This document shows, in pieces, positions 13,801 through 26,769 of a DNA stretch of 64,000 nucleotides; within the stretch, counting starts at the first letter, position 1; each line of letters opens with the position of its first letter. A program made the position numbers and the translations under genes. Source of the stretch: Balanoglossus misakiensis. Lineage: Eukaryota; Animalia; Hemichordata. A model generated the notes under the pieces. That model saw nothing but the letters and a program-made list of their open reading frames with translations, had not been told where the DNA came from and did not search any database. Where the stretch lies: NCBI GenBank assembly GCA_040954595.2, contig CM082596.2, forward strand, positions 9,506,461 to 9,570,460, written 5' to 3'.

Positions 13801-14290
13801 CTTGTAATAATAGGTCATTGAGAGATATCCCCTGGAACTTCGCCGAACAGTCAAAGACAACACGGATCTTCTCTGGCTTCTTTGGGTGATAGACTCCGTG
13901 ATGAGGTATATACCATATCCTCCCATCGTCTTGCTGTGGCCTCTCTTGCTGAACTTTGACAGCGTAGCCCTAGTCAATTATATCTGACATGAACTTCTTA
14001 TAGTCCTCCCGGAACTTGGGATTTCTTCTGAATTTCCTCTCAAGTGACTTCAGGCGATTCAGAGCATACTGCTCATTGTTGGGTAGTCTGACTTCTTCAC
14101 TACGAAATGGTAATCCAATTTCGTAATGTCCATCTTTGAGTTTGATTGACTTGTTCACTTCATTCAGGAACTTCTTGTCCTCCTGTGAATGCTCTCTTTT
14201 ATCATCAATGACTCGTTCTGGAAAATCCAAATTGATTGCGTGTCGCACTAACTGGTCTAATTTCTTCAGACCTTCCGCCAACATGTTACA
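10842..14290 (-). mobile_element. pol: BEL/Pao LTR retrotransposon internal region (RT, RNase H, integrase), decayed, gag/protease missing; left arm copy
   Basis: Motifs [59 protein letters not shown]. Stop at 13970, in-frame 75-bp deletion near 12513, frameshifts near 12000 and 11605. Confidence 0.95.
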
Positions 14291-14408
14291 TTGTTATGGT
14301 AATGTTATTTACTAAGTATGTGTGTTTGCTGTTCGTTGTCTATTATTATTGATCGCTATTAAACGGTTGCAGTTCATTGCACGTCAAGTTGGTCTGTCTT
14401 TATTGCCG

Positions 14409-14421
14409 TGGTGGCAGCGGT
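14409..14421 (+). promoter_or_regulatory. Primer-binding site complementary to tRNA-Leu 3' end
   Basis: tggtggcagcggt is the reverse complement of ..ACCGCUGCCACCA, the 3' end of eukaryotic tRNA-Leu(AAG-type). It lies 250 bp upstream of the gag ATG. Mirrored at 22049-22061. Confidence 0.75.
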
Positions 14422-14658
14422 TTTCGAGTCCACGACCGCTAAGAAGCCTTCAACAAAGAGAAGACTATATGGACCAAATACCCGTACAGGCTATTTAAAT
14501 GCAACCAAGCTGAGCTGTTGAAAAGTTCACCGACGTACGTTACGGTAGGAAAAACATTCGTCACAGGCACCATCTCAGGTACCTATTTATAGCCTTGTTG
14601 CAGTACTTACGTAACTATCGACATCAAGTTCTATTGTTCCTTGTGTAATTTATGCACA

Positions 14659-17600
14659 ATGGCCACTGCTCGTGCACCGAAACAATGGCAACTCACGAAG
14701 TGCGAGACCATAAACTCCTTCGAAAATTGGAAACAAAACTTGATATACATCTTGTCACTGGACCCGAATTTTCGAGTATTTTTGAGAGACGGATTTACTT
14801 GGCACAAGAAAACCTCAGCCAATCCTTACAGAGGTCTTGTTGACGATGATGAGACAATTCCTGAAAACCAAAGGCAGACTGCTGCACAGAAAAACGCTCA
14901 TCTTGACCTTATGTTAGGTCAAATAGCAAATTATTGTTCGATTATCTCAAGGAACTCTATTATAAAGCAGTCGACGTCATTAAATGACATATGGCAGAAA
15001 ATTCGTCAACATTATGGCTTCCAATCAACAGGAGCGCACTTTCTCGATTTGAGTAGCATTCGCTTACAACCCGATGAAAAGCCGGAAGATCTTTATCAAC
15101 GTATCGTCGCATTCTATGACGATAATCTCCTGACCAGAGAAGGTGGCATCACTCACCACGGTGAAGTTATTACTGCAGATGAAGATGTTACACCAACTTT
15201 AGAAAATACTATTGTCTTTCTTTGGCTGCAGTTGGTCAACCCTGGCTTACCTCAACTGGTCAAACAAAAATACGGATCTGACTTACGCAATAAATCGCTC
15301 GCTTCACTTAAACCGGAAATCTCTCAGGCAATGCCATCACTTTTAGATGAGTTGCATAGCATAGAGGACAGCAAAGTTATGCGTACCGGCATTTTTAATG
15401 CATATAAGCCGCAGCCATATAAGCCGTTTTCGCGTACAAACCGGCCATTTCCACGTCGTAGACAGCCTGTAAAATCATGTATCTTATGTAGAACTGCAGG
15501 TAGACAAAATTTCACGTCACACTCCCTCGTCGACTGCAGATTTCTACCAGATGAAGATAGAGCGAACTTCAGTCGCTCCCGTTATGTTCAGAATGATGCT
15601 GAAGAGATTGATTATTACAATCCCTCCGATACAGTTGATGACGAATCCAGACCAGACGAGAATCCTGTAAATGCCCTCATCGATGAACCACATGTCATGC
15701 GTGTCAATATAATTCAGTCGCCCTTTCTCAACACATTCTACCAGCATTATCCTGTGAAGGTAACTCTTGATACAGGTGCAACTACAAATATGATCAAGTC
15801 TGCTTTTGCTAGATCTATTTGTCTACCTATAACCCCTGCTTCACAGATGGCCCGCCAGGCTGACGGGATTACGCCAATGGATGTCATTGGAGAAGTTCAC
15901 TGCCAATTGTCACGAGGAAGTTATACCTTTACTTTAGATGCTTTGGTGGTGGAAAACCTTGATGTTGATGTCTTGGCTGGGAATCCCTTTCATGTCAGTA
16001 ATGATATCGCTACACGCCCTGCTAAGAGGCAGATCGTTATCAAAGGGTCAGATATGATTTATTATGGCCAGCAACAACACCACACTGCTTCGATCCGCCG
16101 TACACAAGCCTATTTAATCCGTTGTCCATCAAAACGTACTCTACTTCCAGGGGAATTTATCGAACTTGAAACACCCCCCTCCTGTAACCCAGATTCATTA
16201 TTAGCTCTGGAACCCCGTTACGACAATCCTCTGAATCAATCAATAAAAGCTACATCTGCTTGGCCTCAACCCCAGGAAATACAATCTGTCGACCATACAT
16301 TACGTATTATAAACTCGACATCAGAACCTATCCTACTTAAACGCCATGATCACCTCTGTCAAGTACGACTACTATCTCCTGCTCCTTTGTCTGACGCAGG
16401 TAAAAGTACCCAGTCCACTACTTCTGCTTTGCCAAGTACCGGTGTACGTTAACCATTCTCATCTGGAATATCCCTTGACCCAGACAATCAACTTACACGC
16501 TCCATTAAGGATGAATTTATCAAATTGCATCAACAATATGATGATGTCTTCAATCCGGCAATATCTAAATATAATGGAGCTAGTGGGCGTATTGAAGCCA
16601 CCGTCAATATGGGCCCGGTATTACCTCCACAAAGGAAAGGTCGGCTCCCTCATTACAACCGAGAAACATTAATTACACTACAGGACAAGTTTGATGAGCT
16701 AGAAGCCGTTGGGGTTTTCGCCAAACCAGAAGATGTAAACACAACAGTGGAATATCTAAATCTGTCCTTTCTAGTAAAGAAACCGAATGGAGGAAACTGC
16801 TTGGTCACATCATTTGGTGAAGTTGGTCAGTATAGTAAACCACAGCCATCACTTATGTCTAATGTGGACAATGTCCTACGCGATGTAGCAAGATGGAACT
16901 ATGTCATCAAAACTGACCTCAACCAAGCTTATTATCAGATTCCCCTAGCAGCAAAATCCATGAAATATTGTGGAGTAGCAACCCCATTTAAGGGCATACG
17001 AGTTTATACACGTTCTGCAATGGGGATGCCTGGGTCCGAAACGTGCTTGGAAGAACATATGAGTAGAGTGCTTGGACGTCTAATACAAGAAGGATGCGTC
17101 ACTAAAATAGCTGATGATTTGTACGTTGGCGGTAGCACTCAGCAAGAGACTCTGCAAAACTGGAAGAGAACACTTTCTTGCTTGCAAGCAAACAACTTAC
17201 GTTTGTCAGCCAGGAAGACAGTGATATGTCCAAAATCTACTACCATCCTTGGTTGGATATGGGCTAACGGAACTTTGAAGGCTAGCCCGCATAGAATAGC
17301 AGCATTAGCATCTGTAAATCCGCCAGCTACTGTCCAAGGTCTACGGTCCTTCGTAGGAGCCTACAAAGCTTTAAGCCGTGTACTCAAAGGCTATGCGGAT
17401 TTGTTGGACCCATTGGACAGAGCTACAGCAGGTAGACAGTCTCAAGAGAAAGTATCCTGGTCAGATGACCTTCTACAGTCTTTCAGAGCATCACAGGAAG
17501 CATTGAAAAATAACAAAACCATCACTGTTCCACACCCAGATGACCAGTTATGGATCGTTACTGATGGCTCTGTAAAAGAAAGGGGGATAGCAGCTACTCT

Positions 17601-19619
17601 ATATTCGTGTCGAGGTAACAAATTGCGCCTGCCCGGCTTTTTCAGTGCAAAACTGAGAAAACACCAAATCACATGGTTACCTTGTGAAATTGAAGCTCTT
17701 TGCATCGGAGCAGCAGTCAAGCACTTTGCGCCATATATTCTTCAATCAAAGCACGCAACGCAGCTCCTGACAGACAGCAGGCCATGTGTACAGGCATATG
17801 AAAAACTAAAACGAGGCGAGTTCTCGACCAGTTCACGGGTATCTACTTCCTATCGATTGTTAGCCGCTACCTTATCAATGTACAACATATAGCAGGTGTA
17901 GCTAATATTCCAACAGATTACACAAGCCGTCATCCTGCCGAATGTACTGACAAGAGCTGTCAAGTTTGCAAGTTCATTGTCGATATGGAAGAGTCCGTTA
18001 TCCGCTCTATTTCCATCTCAGATGTGATTGAGGGGACAGCAAAGATGTCCTTTACGAATCGCGCAGCTTGGAGAGCCGTTCAACTTGAATGCCCAGATCT
18101 GCGGCGCACCCATTCTCATTTGGCGCAAGGTACCCGGCCATCTAAGAAGTTGGTTAAAATACAAGATGTCAAACGGTATCTGCGCGATGTTACCATTGCC
18201 AACGATGGTCTCTTAGTAGTGACTGATAATCAGCCATTTCAACCTACCAGAGAACGTATAGTAGTGCCTAGAAGTGTCATCGATGGATTACTCACTGCTA
18301 TTCATATACGTTTCCATCATCCCACTAAACACCAGATGAAATGCCTCCTTCAAAGATACTTCTACGCACTCGATATGGACAAGGCCATCGAAAACACTTG
18401 TCTTACTTGCCACCATTGTCTCTCACTAAAATCTGTGCCCACAAGTCTGATCCCACAGTCCACTTCACCTCCCCAACACCAGATTGGGCGGTCGTATGCT
18501 GCAGACATCATGCGAAGATACAGACAATGTGTTTTTGTACTTCGTGAAACCGCATCATCATTTACCATGACAACACTTATTGACAATGAGCGCCATGATA
18601 CAATAAGAGATGCTATCATATCCCTTTGTGCTGGCATTCGGCCACTTGGAGATGATGAAATAACGATCCGTATCGACTCAGGTCCTGGATTAATCGCTCT
18701 TACCAAAGACCCTCTTTTGAGAAAACTACATATCAAGCTGGACATTGGCGAGGTGAAGAATGTAAATAAAAACCCAGTAGCTGAAAATGCAATGAAGGAA
18801 TTAGGCCTTGAATGCCTGAACATCAATCCAGATGGGGGTCCCCTGACTAGTGTCACGTTGGCACTAGCAACGGCAAGCATGAATGCTAGGATTAGACGTG
18901 ATGGATTATCCGCTAGAGAAATATGGACTCAACGAGACCAGATCACTGGCGAACAACTTCCCCTGGATGACAGACAAATTATCCTAAATCAACACTTCAG
19001 TTGCATACAAAACCATGCATCAAGTTCCAAAAGCAAAGCCCATGGTAAAACAGTTATGGCAACCAATAACTTCAAAGTTGGGGATCTTGTCTACCTGTAT
19101 AGAGAAAGAGATAAAACCCGCGCCAGGGATAAATATCTGGTAACCAGTATAACCGACGATAAATGCCAAATAAGAAAATTTACCAATACACAGTTACGCT
19201 CGAAGACGTATAACGTCAAGCTTTCGGACTGTTATCCCATCAGGCCCACTCTATTGTCACAGTCAGGTCCAATCAGAGGCCTTGACAAGAGTAATGATGA
19301 CGATGCAGCTCCGATGGAAGAAACAAACCAAACCGTGTCAAAATCTCTTCTGCCGCTGACACCAGCAGAGGCAACACATACACATTCAGTAATATCGACA
19401 CCAAATTTGGCGGACATACCAAATGCTGAATTGACTATACCGGCACCACCAAATAGCCCACCAATAAATATAGCGCCATCGCCACTTTTATCACCATCAT
19501 CTTCACCATGCAAGGGCAACAGCAACAATAGTACGTCCCCAGTGAAAGAGCTACGTCGATCCTCGAGAATTAGGAAACCACCATCGTGGCAAGAATCTGG
19601 AGACTGGATACTTAAATAA
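14659..19619 (+). pseudogene. gag-pol: gag-pol polyprotein with one nonsense codon (16450) and one frameshift (~17848)
   Basis: Gag RAPKQW, zinc knuckle CILC..H....C, protease [17 protein letters not shown] / MGMPGSE / KIADDL, RNase H VTDGS / PCEIEAL / LTDSRP, integrase H..H..C..C, ADIMRR / RIDSGP / NPVAE. The TAA at 16450 is GAA in the right-arm copy. Confidence 0.9.
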
Positions 19620-19710
19620 GTACTGCTTAAAATATAGGCCATAATGATGCCTGTAACAAGGTGAGAGCCTAGCGCCGCCCACTTTCATGCAACTCGGTGA
19701 CACTGTTCCA

Positions 19711-22179
19711 TTAGATATTCCACTGTTGTGTTTACATCTTCTGGTTTGGCGAAAACCCCAACGGCTTCTAGCTCATCAAACTTGTCCTGTAGTGTAATTA
19801 ATGTTTCTCGGTTGTAATGAGGGAGCCGACCTTTCCTTTGTGGAGGTAATACCGGGCCCATATTGACGGTGGCTTCAATACGCCCACTAGCTCCATTATA
19901 TTTAGATATTGTCGGATTGAAGACATCATCATATTGTTGATGCAATTTGATAAATTCATCCTTAATGGAGCGTGTAAGTTGATTGTCTGGGTCAAGGGAT
20001 ATTCCAGATGAGAATGGTTCACGTACACCGGTACTTGGCAAAGCAGAAGTAGTGGACTGGGTACTTTTACCTGCGTCAGACAAAGGAGCAGGAGATAGTA
20101 GTCGTACTTGACAGAGGTGATCATGGCGTTTAAGTAGGATAGGTTCTGATGTCGAGTTTATAATACGTAATGTATGGTCGACAGATTGTATTTCCTGGGG
20201 TTGAGGCCAAGCAGATGTAGCTTTTATTGATTGATTCAGAGGATTGTCGTAACGGGGTTCCAGAGCTAATAATGAATCTGGGTTACAGGAGGGGGGTGTT
20301 TCAAGTTCGATAAATTCCCCTGGAAGTAGAGTACGTTTTGATGGACAACGGATTAAATAGGCTTGTGTACGGCGGATCGAAGCAGTGTGGTGTTGTTGCT
20401 GGCCATAATAAATAATATCTGACCCCTTGATAACGATCTGCCTCTTAGCAGGGCGTGTAGCGATATCATTACTGACATGAAAGGGATTCCCAGCCAAGAC
20501 ATCAACATCAAGGTTTTCCACCACCAAAGCATCTAAAGTAAAGGTATAACTTCCTCGTGACAATTGGCAGTGAACTTCTCCAATGACATCCATTGGCGTA
20601 ATCCCGTCAGCCTGGCGGGCCATCTGTGAAGCAGGGGTTATAGGTAGACCAATAGATCTAGCAAAAGCAGACTTGATCATATTTGTAGTTGCACCTGTAT
20701 CAAGAGTTACCTTCACAGGATAATGCTGGTAGAATGTGTTGAGAAAGGGCGACTGAATTATATTGACACGCATGACATGTGGTTCATCGATGAGGGCATT
20801 TACAGGATTCTCGTCTGGTCTGGATTCATAATCAACTGTATCGGAGGGATTGTAATAATCAATCTCTTCAGCATCATTCTGAACATAACGGGAGCGACTG
20901 AAGTTCGCTCTATCTTCATCTGGTAGAAATCTGCAGTCGACGAGGGAGTGTGACGTGAAATTTTGTCTACCTGCAGTTCTACATAAGATACATGATTTTA
21001 CAGGCTGTCTACGACGTGGAAATGGCCGGTTTGTACGCGAAAACGGCTTATATGGCTGCGGCTTATATGCATTAAAAATGCCGGTACGCATAACTTTGCT
21101 GTCCTCTATGCTATGCAACTCATCTAAAAGTGATGGCATTGCCTGAGAGATTTCCGGTTTAAGTGAAGTGAGCGATTTATTGCGTAAGTCAGATCCGTAT
21201 TTTTGTTTGACCAGTTGAGGTAAGCCAGGGTTGACCAACTGCAGCCAAAGAAAGACAATAGTATTTTCTAAAGTTGGTGTAACATCTTCATCTGCAGTAA
21301 TAACTTCACCGTGGTGAGTGATGCCACCTTCTCTGGTCAGGAGATTATCGTCATAGAATGCGACGATGCGTTGATAAAGATCTTCCGGCTTTTCGTCGGG
21401 TTGTAAGCGAATGCTACTCAAATCGAGAAAGTGCGCTCCTGTTGATTGGAAGCCATAATGTTGACGAATTTTCTGCCATATGTCATTTAATGACGTCGAC
21501 TGCTTTATAATAGAGTTCCTTGAGATAATCGAACAATAATTTGCTATTTGACCTAACATAAGGTCAAGATGAGCGTTTTTCTGTGCAGCAGTCTGCCTTT
21601 GGTTTTCAGGAATTGTCTCATCATCGTCAACAAGACCTCTGTAAGGATTGGCTGAGGTTTTCTTGTGCCAAGTAAATCCGTCTCTCAAAAATACTCGAAA
21701 ATTCGGGTCCAGTGACAAGATGTATATCAAGTTTTGTTTCCAATTTTCGAAGGAGTTTATGGTCTCGCACTTCGTGAGTTGCCATTGTTTCGGTGCACGA
21801 GCAGTGGCCATTGTGCATAAATTACACAAGGAACAATAGAACTTGATGTCGATAGTTACGTAAGTACTGCAACAAGGCTATTAATAGGTACCTGAGATGG
21901 TGCCTGTGACGAATGTTTTTCCTACCGTAACGTAAGTCGGTGAACTTTTCAACAGCTCAGCTTGGTTGCATTTAAATAGCCTGCACGGGTATTTGGTCCA
22001 TATAGTCTTCTCTTTGTTGAAGGCTTCTTAGCGGTCGTGGACTCGAAAACCGCTGCCACCACGGCAATAAAGACAGACCAACTTGACGTGCAATGAACTG
22101 CAACCGTTTAATAGCGATCAATAATAATAGACAACGAACAGCAAACACACATACTTAGTAAATAACATTACCATAACAA
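19711..22179 (-). mobile_element. gag: Inverted duplicate of the Gypsy-like 5' half (gag-protease open, truncated at start of RT)
   Basis: ORF 19685-21829 is near-identical to 14641-16759 and runs across the junction into a non-homologous tail (MEQCHRVA). Confidence 0.93.
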
Positions 22180-25100
22180 TGTAACGTGTTGGCAGAAGGT
22201 CTGAAGAAATTAGACCAGTTAGTGCGACACGCAATCAATTTGGATTTTCCAGAACGAGTCATTGATGATAAAAGAGAGCATTCACAGGAGGACAAGAAGT
22301 TCCTGAATGAAGTGAACAAGTCAATCAAACTCAAAGATGGACATTACGAAATTGGATTACCATTTCGTAGTGAAGAAGTCAGACTACCCAACAATGAGCA
22401 GTATGCTCTGAATCGCCTGAAGTCACTTGAGAGGAAATTCAGAAGAAATCCCAAGTTCCGGGAGGACTATAAGAAGTTCATGTCAGATATAATTGACTAG
22501 GGCTACGCTGTCAAAGTTCAGCAAGAGAGGCCACAGCAAGACGATGGGAGGATATGGTATATACCTCATCACGGAGTCTATCACCCAAAGAAGCCAGAGA
22601 AGATCCGTGTTGTCTTTGACTGTTCGGCGAAGTTCCAGGGGATATCTCTCAATGACCTATTATTACAAGGGCCGGATCTGACTAACAATCTTGTCGGTGT
22701 GCTGTTGCGATTTCGTCAGGAACCAGTAGCGCTGATGGCAGACATAGAAGCAATGTTTCACCAAGTACAGGTGCCCAAAGAAGACAGTGATTGTCTACGC
22801 TCCTATTGGTGGCCTGAGGGAAACATTAACAGCCAGCCAGAAGTCTACCAAATGCGGGTTCATCTATTTGGAGCAGTATCATCTCCAAGTTGTGCGAATA
22901 CAGCCCTACACAGAACTGCTCAAGACAACAGCCACAGATTCAATACTGAAGTCATCGACACCATTATGAGAAATTTCTACGTGGACGACTGTCTCAAGTC
23001 AGTGAGTAGTGTGCCCGAAGCTATGAAGTTAGCACAAGAACTGACAGCAGCTTGCCAGATGGGAGGCTTTCGTCTGACGAAGTGGATCAGTAGCAGTCGT
23101 GAGGTCTTGGAATCTATTCCCGTACAAGAGAGAGGCAAAGAAGTTAAGCAACTGAAGCTCGACTATGATGACCTGCCAACCGAACGTGCTCTAGGGGTGT
23201 ATTGGTCGGTCGAACCAGACACTCTGGGATTTAAAATAGACATCCAAGACAGACCTGTAAGCAGAAGGGGCATATTATCAGTCGTCAGTTCGGTCTACGA
23301 TCCGCTGGGATTAGCATCACCGTTCATACTGCCAGCGAGAATATTACTACAGGATCTGTGCCACCGAAATCTCGGATGGGACCAGACGATCAGTCAAGGA
23401 GATCAGAAGAGATGACGACAATGGCTAACCGATCTCCCAAAACTAGAAGAACTGTCAGTAGATAGATGCTTCAAGCCGGCTGATTTTGGAGAGGTGAAGC
23501 GGTGTGAAGTACATCATTTTTCCGATGCAAGTGAGCATGGGTATGGAACTGCGTCCTATGTTCGCCTGATGAATGAAGACGGAGAAATTCACTGCGCTCT
23601 ACTGATGGGAAAAGCCATAGTGGCACCACTCGAGAAGACCACCATTCCTCGTTTGGAATTGATGGCAGCTACCGTGGCAGTCAGAATGAACAAGTTGTTG
23701 GAGAGGGAGTTGGATCAGCGTATAGATGCGGTATATTTCTGGACAGACAGCATGTCAGTACTGAGATACATCGCCAACGAGACCACCCGTTTCCACACCT
23801 TTGTTTCAAATCGAATCAACATAATTCGTGAAAGTTCGGAAATGCACCAATGGAAGTACGTAAACACACAGTCTAACCCGGCTGACGATGCTTCCAGAGG
23901 GCTGACTGTACACCAGTTTCTCCGAAACAAGAGATGGATAGAAGGCCCAGCGTTCCTATGGGGACCAGAGAATGAATGGCCTACACAACAATCGGTATCG
24001 AAGATTATACCGGAGGATGACCCAGAGGTCAAGAAACAGATAAACGCCGTAATAGCAGACACATCCACACTGGTTATTGATGACATCATATCACGTGTTT
24101 CCGTCTGGAAGAAACTCAAGAAGACAGTGGGATGGATTCTGTTGGCGAAGGAAAAGCTAAGAAGATTAGTTCAACAGAAAAGGATGCTGAGAGAAAATCT
24201 CTATGAAGAACCTGAGACGAAAGATAAAGAAGAGCTCAGCAAAGAAAAGATGAGAAAGAGGGGAAGTAAGGAGGAAAGTGAAATTCCAGCACTCCCATTC
24301 GAAATGTTACAAGAAGCAGAGAAGGCGATTATACGCTACACACAACATTGTCACTTCCCGGAAGAAGTCACCGCCCTACAGAAAGGTGAAGAAGTGAAGA
24401 AATCCAGCCCGCTTTACAAGCTGGATCCGATGCTGAAAGATGGGATAATACGTGTTGGCGGACGTCTTGAGCGAGCGTCACTACCAGAAGAAAGCAAGCA
24501 CCCAATGGTCCTCCCAAGGGACACTCCAGTATCGAGACTCATCTTAGAAGAGATACATCGTGCGGTCGGACATATGGGAAGAAACTCAATATTGGCGAGA
24601 CTAAGGGAGAAGTTTTGGATCCTGCGAGCAAACACTGCAGTCCGTAGCATTATAGCAAAATGCGTGATCTGTCGAAGATACAGAGCGAAGGTCGGTGAGC
24701 AGAAAATGGCAGACCTGCCGGCAGACCGCATCACACCAGAAGAAGCACCATTCACGAGAACAGGTGTAGACTACTTCGGCCCGTTGGAAGTCAAGCGTGG
24801 TCGCAGCACTGTGAAGAGGTATGGAGTGATCTTTACTTGTTTGGCGACACGGGCTGTACATCTCGAAGTGGCACACTCGCTAGATACAGACTCATGCATC
24901 AACAGCCTTCGACGATTTACAGCAAGAAGAGGACAAGTGAAAGTGATCAGATCTGACAACGGAACCAATTTCGTCGGTGCCAATCGTGAACTACACGAAG
25001 AAATTGAGAAGTGGAATCACCACAAAATATCTGAAGCCCTATATCAACACAGTGTGAAGTGGGAGTTCAACCCCCCAGCGGCATCTCACTTCGGAGGAAT

Positions 25101-26769
25101 ATGGGAACGTCAGATCAGAACCATACGGAAGATATTGTTCTCCTTGATGAAAGAACAGGCTATTCGTTTAGATGATGAAGCGCTGCAGACGTTGTTCTGT
25201 GAAGTTGAAGCCATTATCAACAGTCGCCCCATCACCAAGCTATCTGATGATCCGAATGATCTTGAAGTTCTCACACCGAATCATCTACTGATGTAGCAGC
25301 CCACACAGAATCTACCACCTGGTATATTTTGCAAGAACGACAACTACGCTCGTCGCAGGTGGCGCCAAGTACAGTACCTGGCAGACATATTTTGGAAGAG
25401 ATGGGTTAAAGAATATCTCCCCCTGCTGCAGGAAAGGCAGAAGTGGCTCAAACCCAGGAGAAATCTCACCGTGGGGGATGTGGTCTTGATTGTGGACAAC
25501 TCTGCACCAAGAAATTCCTGGCCCCTAGGAGTGGTCATCGATGTGAAAAGAGACAAGAAGGGATTTGTGCGTGTTGCAACGGTGAAGACCAAAACATCGA
25601 CCCTGGATCGACCAGTGGACAAATTGTGTGTGCTGTTGGAAGCTGATGTGGTATAGAAACGACTGAAAAGTGGACACATGCAGCTAAGTGGCAATGACAA
25701 TATATGTTTGACAATTTTTGGACCTATTACTAGTTTGGTAATTGCTCAGAAAGCATTTCCTTACAATTAGGGGACCGGAATGTTACGGCCAAAAATATTT
25801 AGCTTAAAGTAGCAGTTTTATTCCTATGGTTTCTGTTTGACTTAAATTTGCTTAGTATCGACACTAGGTCAAGGCACTTGTATAACGGTGACTCATACTT
25901 CCTGTCAAGGGCATTACCCCCATTACGTAATACCATATCAAAGTTCAACTTCAGTCAAGTGTAAGTATTAGGTTTCAGAAGCACATGGGTTTTCAAAGAG
26001 CAAGCATTGTGCTGAAGAGAGAGTGTCGGTTTTGTGCTTCTAACACACTCAAAAGGGGACGGACCAGTCCATGAATTGTATTGTTTTGATGGGCTAACAG
26101 CCAGGAGGTCACATAATTCTGGTAAGCCTATTTTCGAGCCAAAATATTCTGTAGAAATCAAGTTTTATTCGTGGACTGTGAGTACCACACAAGTTGGCCA
26201 TTCTCTCCTGGCAGAGATGGCATGTGGCAATTTTCAAATCAGTTTTACACATCATATTTCATACCAAGAGACTTTCCACGGACTCTGATTTAGACAGTTC
26301 ATCGGACACAAGTTGCTTTTTGACTTCAGTGATGTATTTTATAGATTTAGAGTTTCTTCTGTTTGAAAGTGCTTTATGCATAATTAATTAGGCTTTGGAA
26401 TGCAAAGTACTTTAGAAGGGGCAAGTGCATGCTTCTTGTCTCTAGAGGGCGCCATACATAAGAGGCCATGGTTCAAGGTGGTAAACTTGACCTTTGAACC
26501 CTCGAGTTGTGTAACAGTGACAAATACTTATATAGTGTATTATTTTATTTTATTTTCAGTCAATCGTTCTACGTTCCACGTCTTTAAGTTTACCGTTCCA
26601 CGTCTATGTATAGTGTCGAATAAACCCTGTGACAAAGAATTTGACACTAGCAGTGATTTGTTAAAGAGGGACGCATTGCGGAGAGATCTACCCTGACTGT
26701 TTACCCCAAGCAGTGCGCAGCAGACTATATAGTTGGCCATAAAAGGAAGTCTGTTTGTGTGCCGCTACA
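22180..26769 (+). mobile_element. pol: BEL/Pao element, right arm copy: pol 22186-25656, PPT, 3' LTR 25781-26769
   Basis: Same motifs as the left copy, with stops at 22498, 23413 and 25294. PPT aggggaccggaa is followed by TGT...ACA. Confidence 0.95.

Larger units (their letters stand above)
14291..19710 (+). mobile_element. Gypsy-like LTR retrotransposon (atypical, IADD RT motif), 3' LTR lost at the inversion breakpoint
   Basis: Short 5' LTR-like segment, PBS at 14409, gag-pol in the order PR-RT-RH-IN. The 5' boundary is approximate. Confidence 0.88.

Noticed and set aside
25781-25795. Similarity of BEL LTR start (tgttacggcc) to its satellite insertion site (tattacggcc)
   Set aside because: An 8-bp match with only one independent insertion and the other flank missing cannot be separated from chance.
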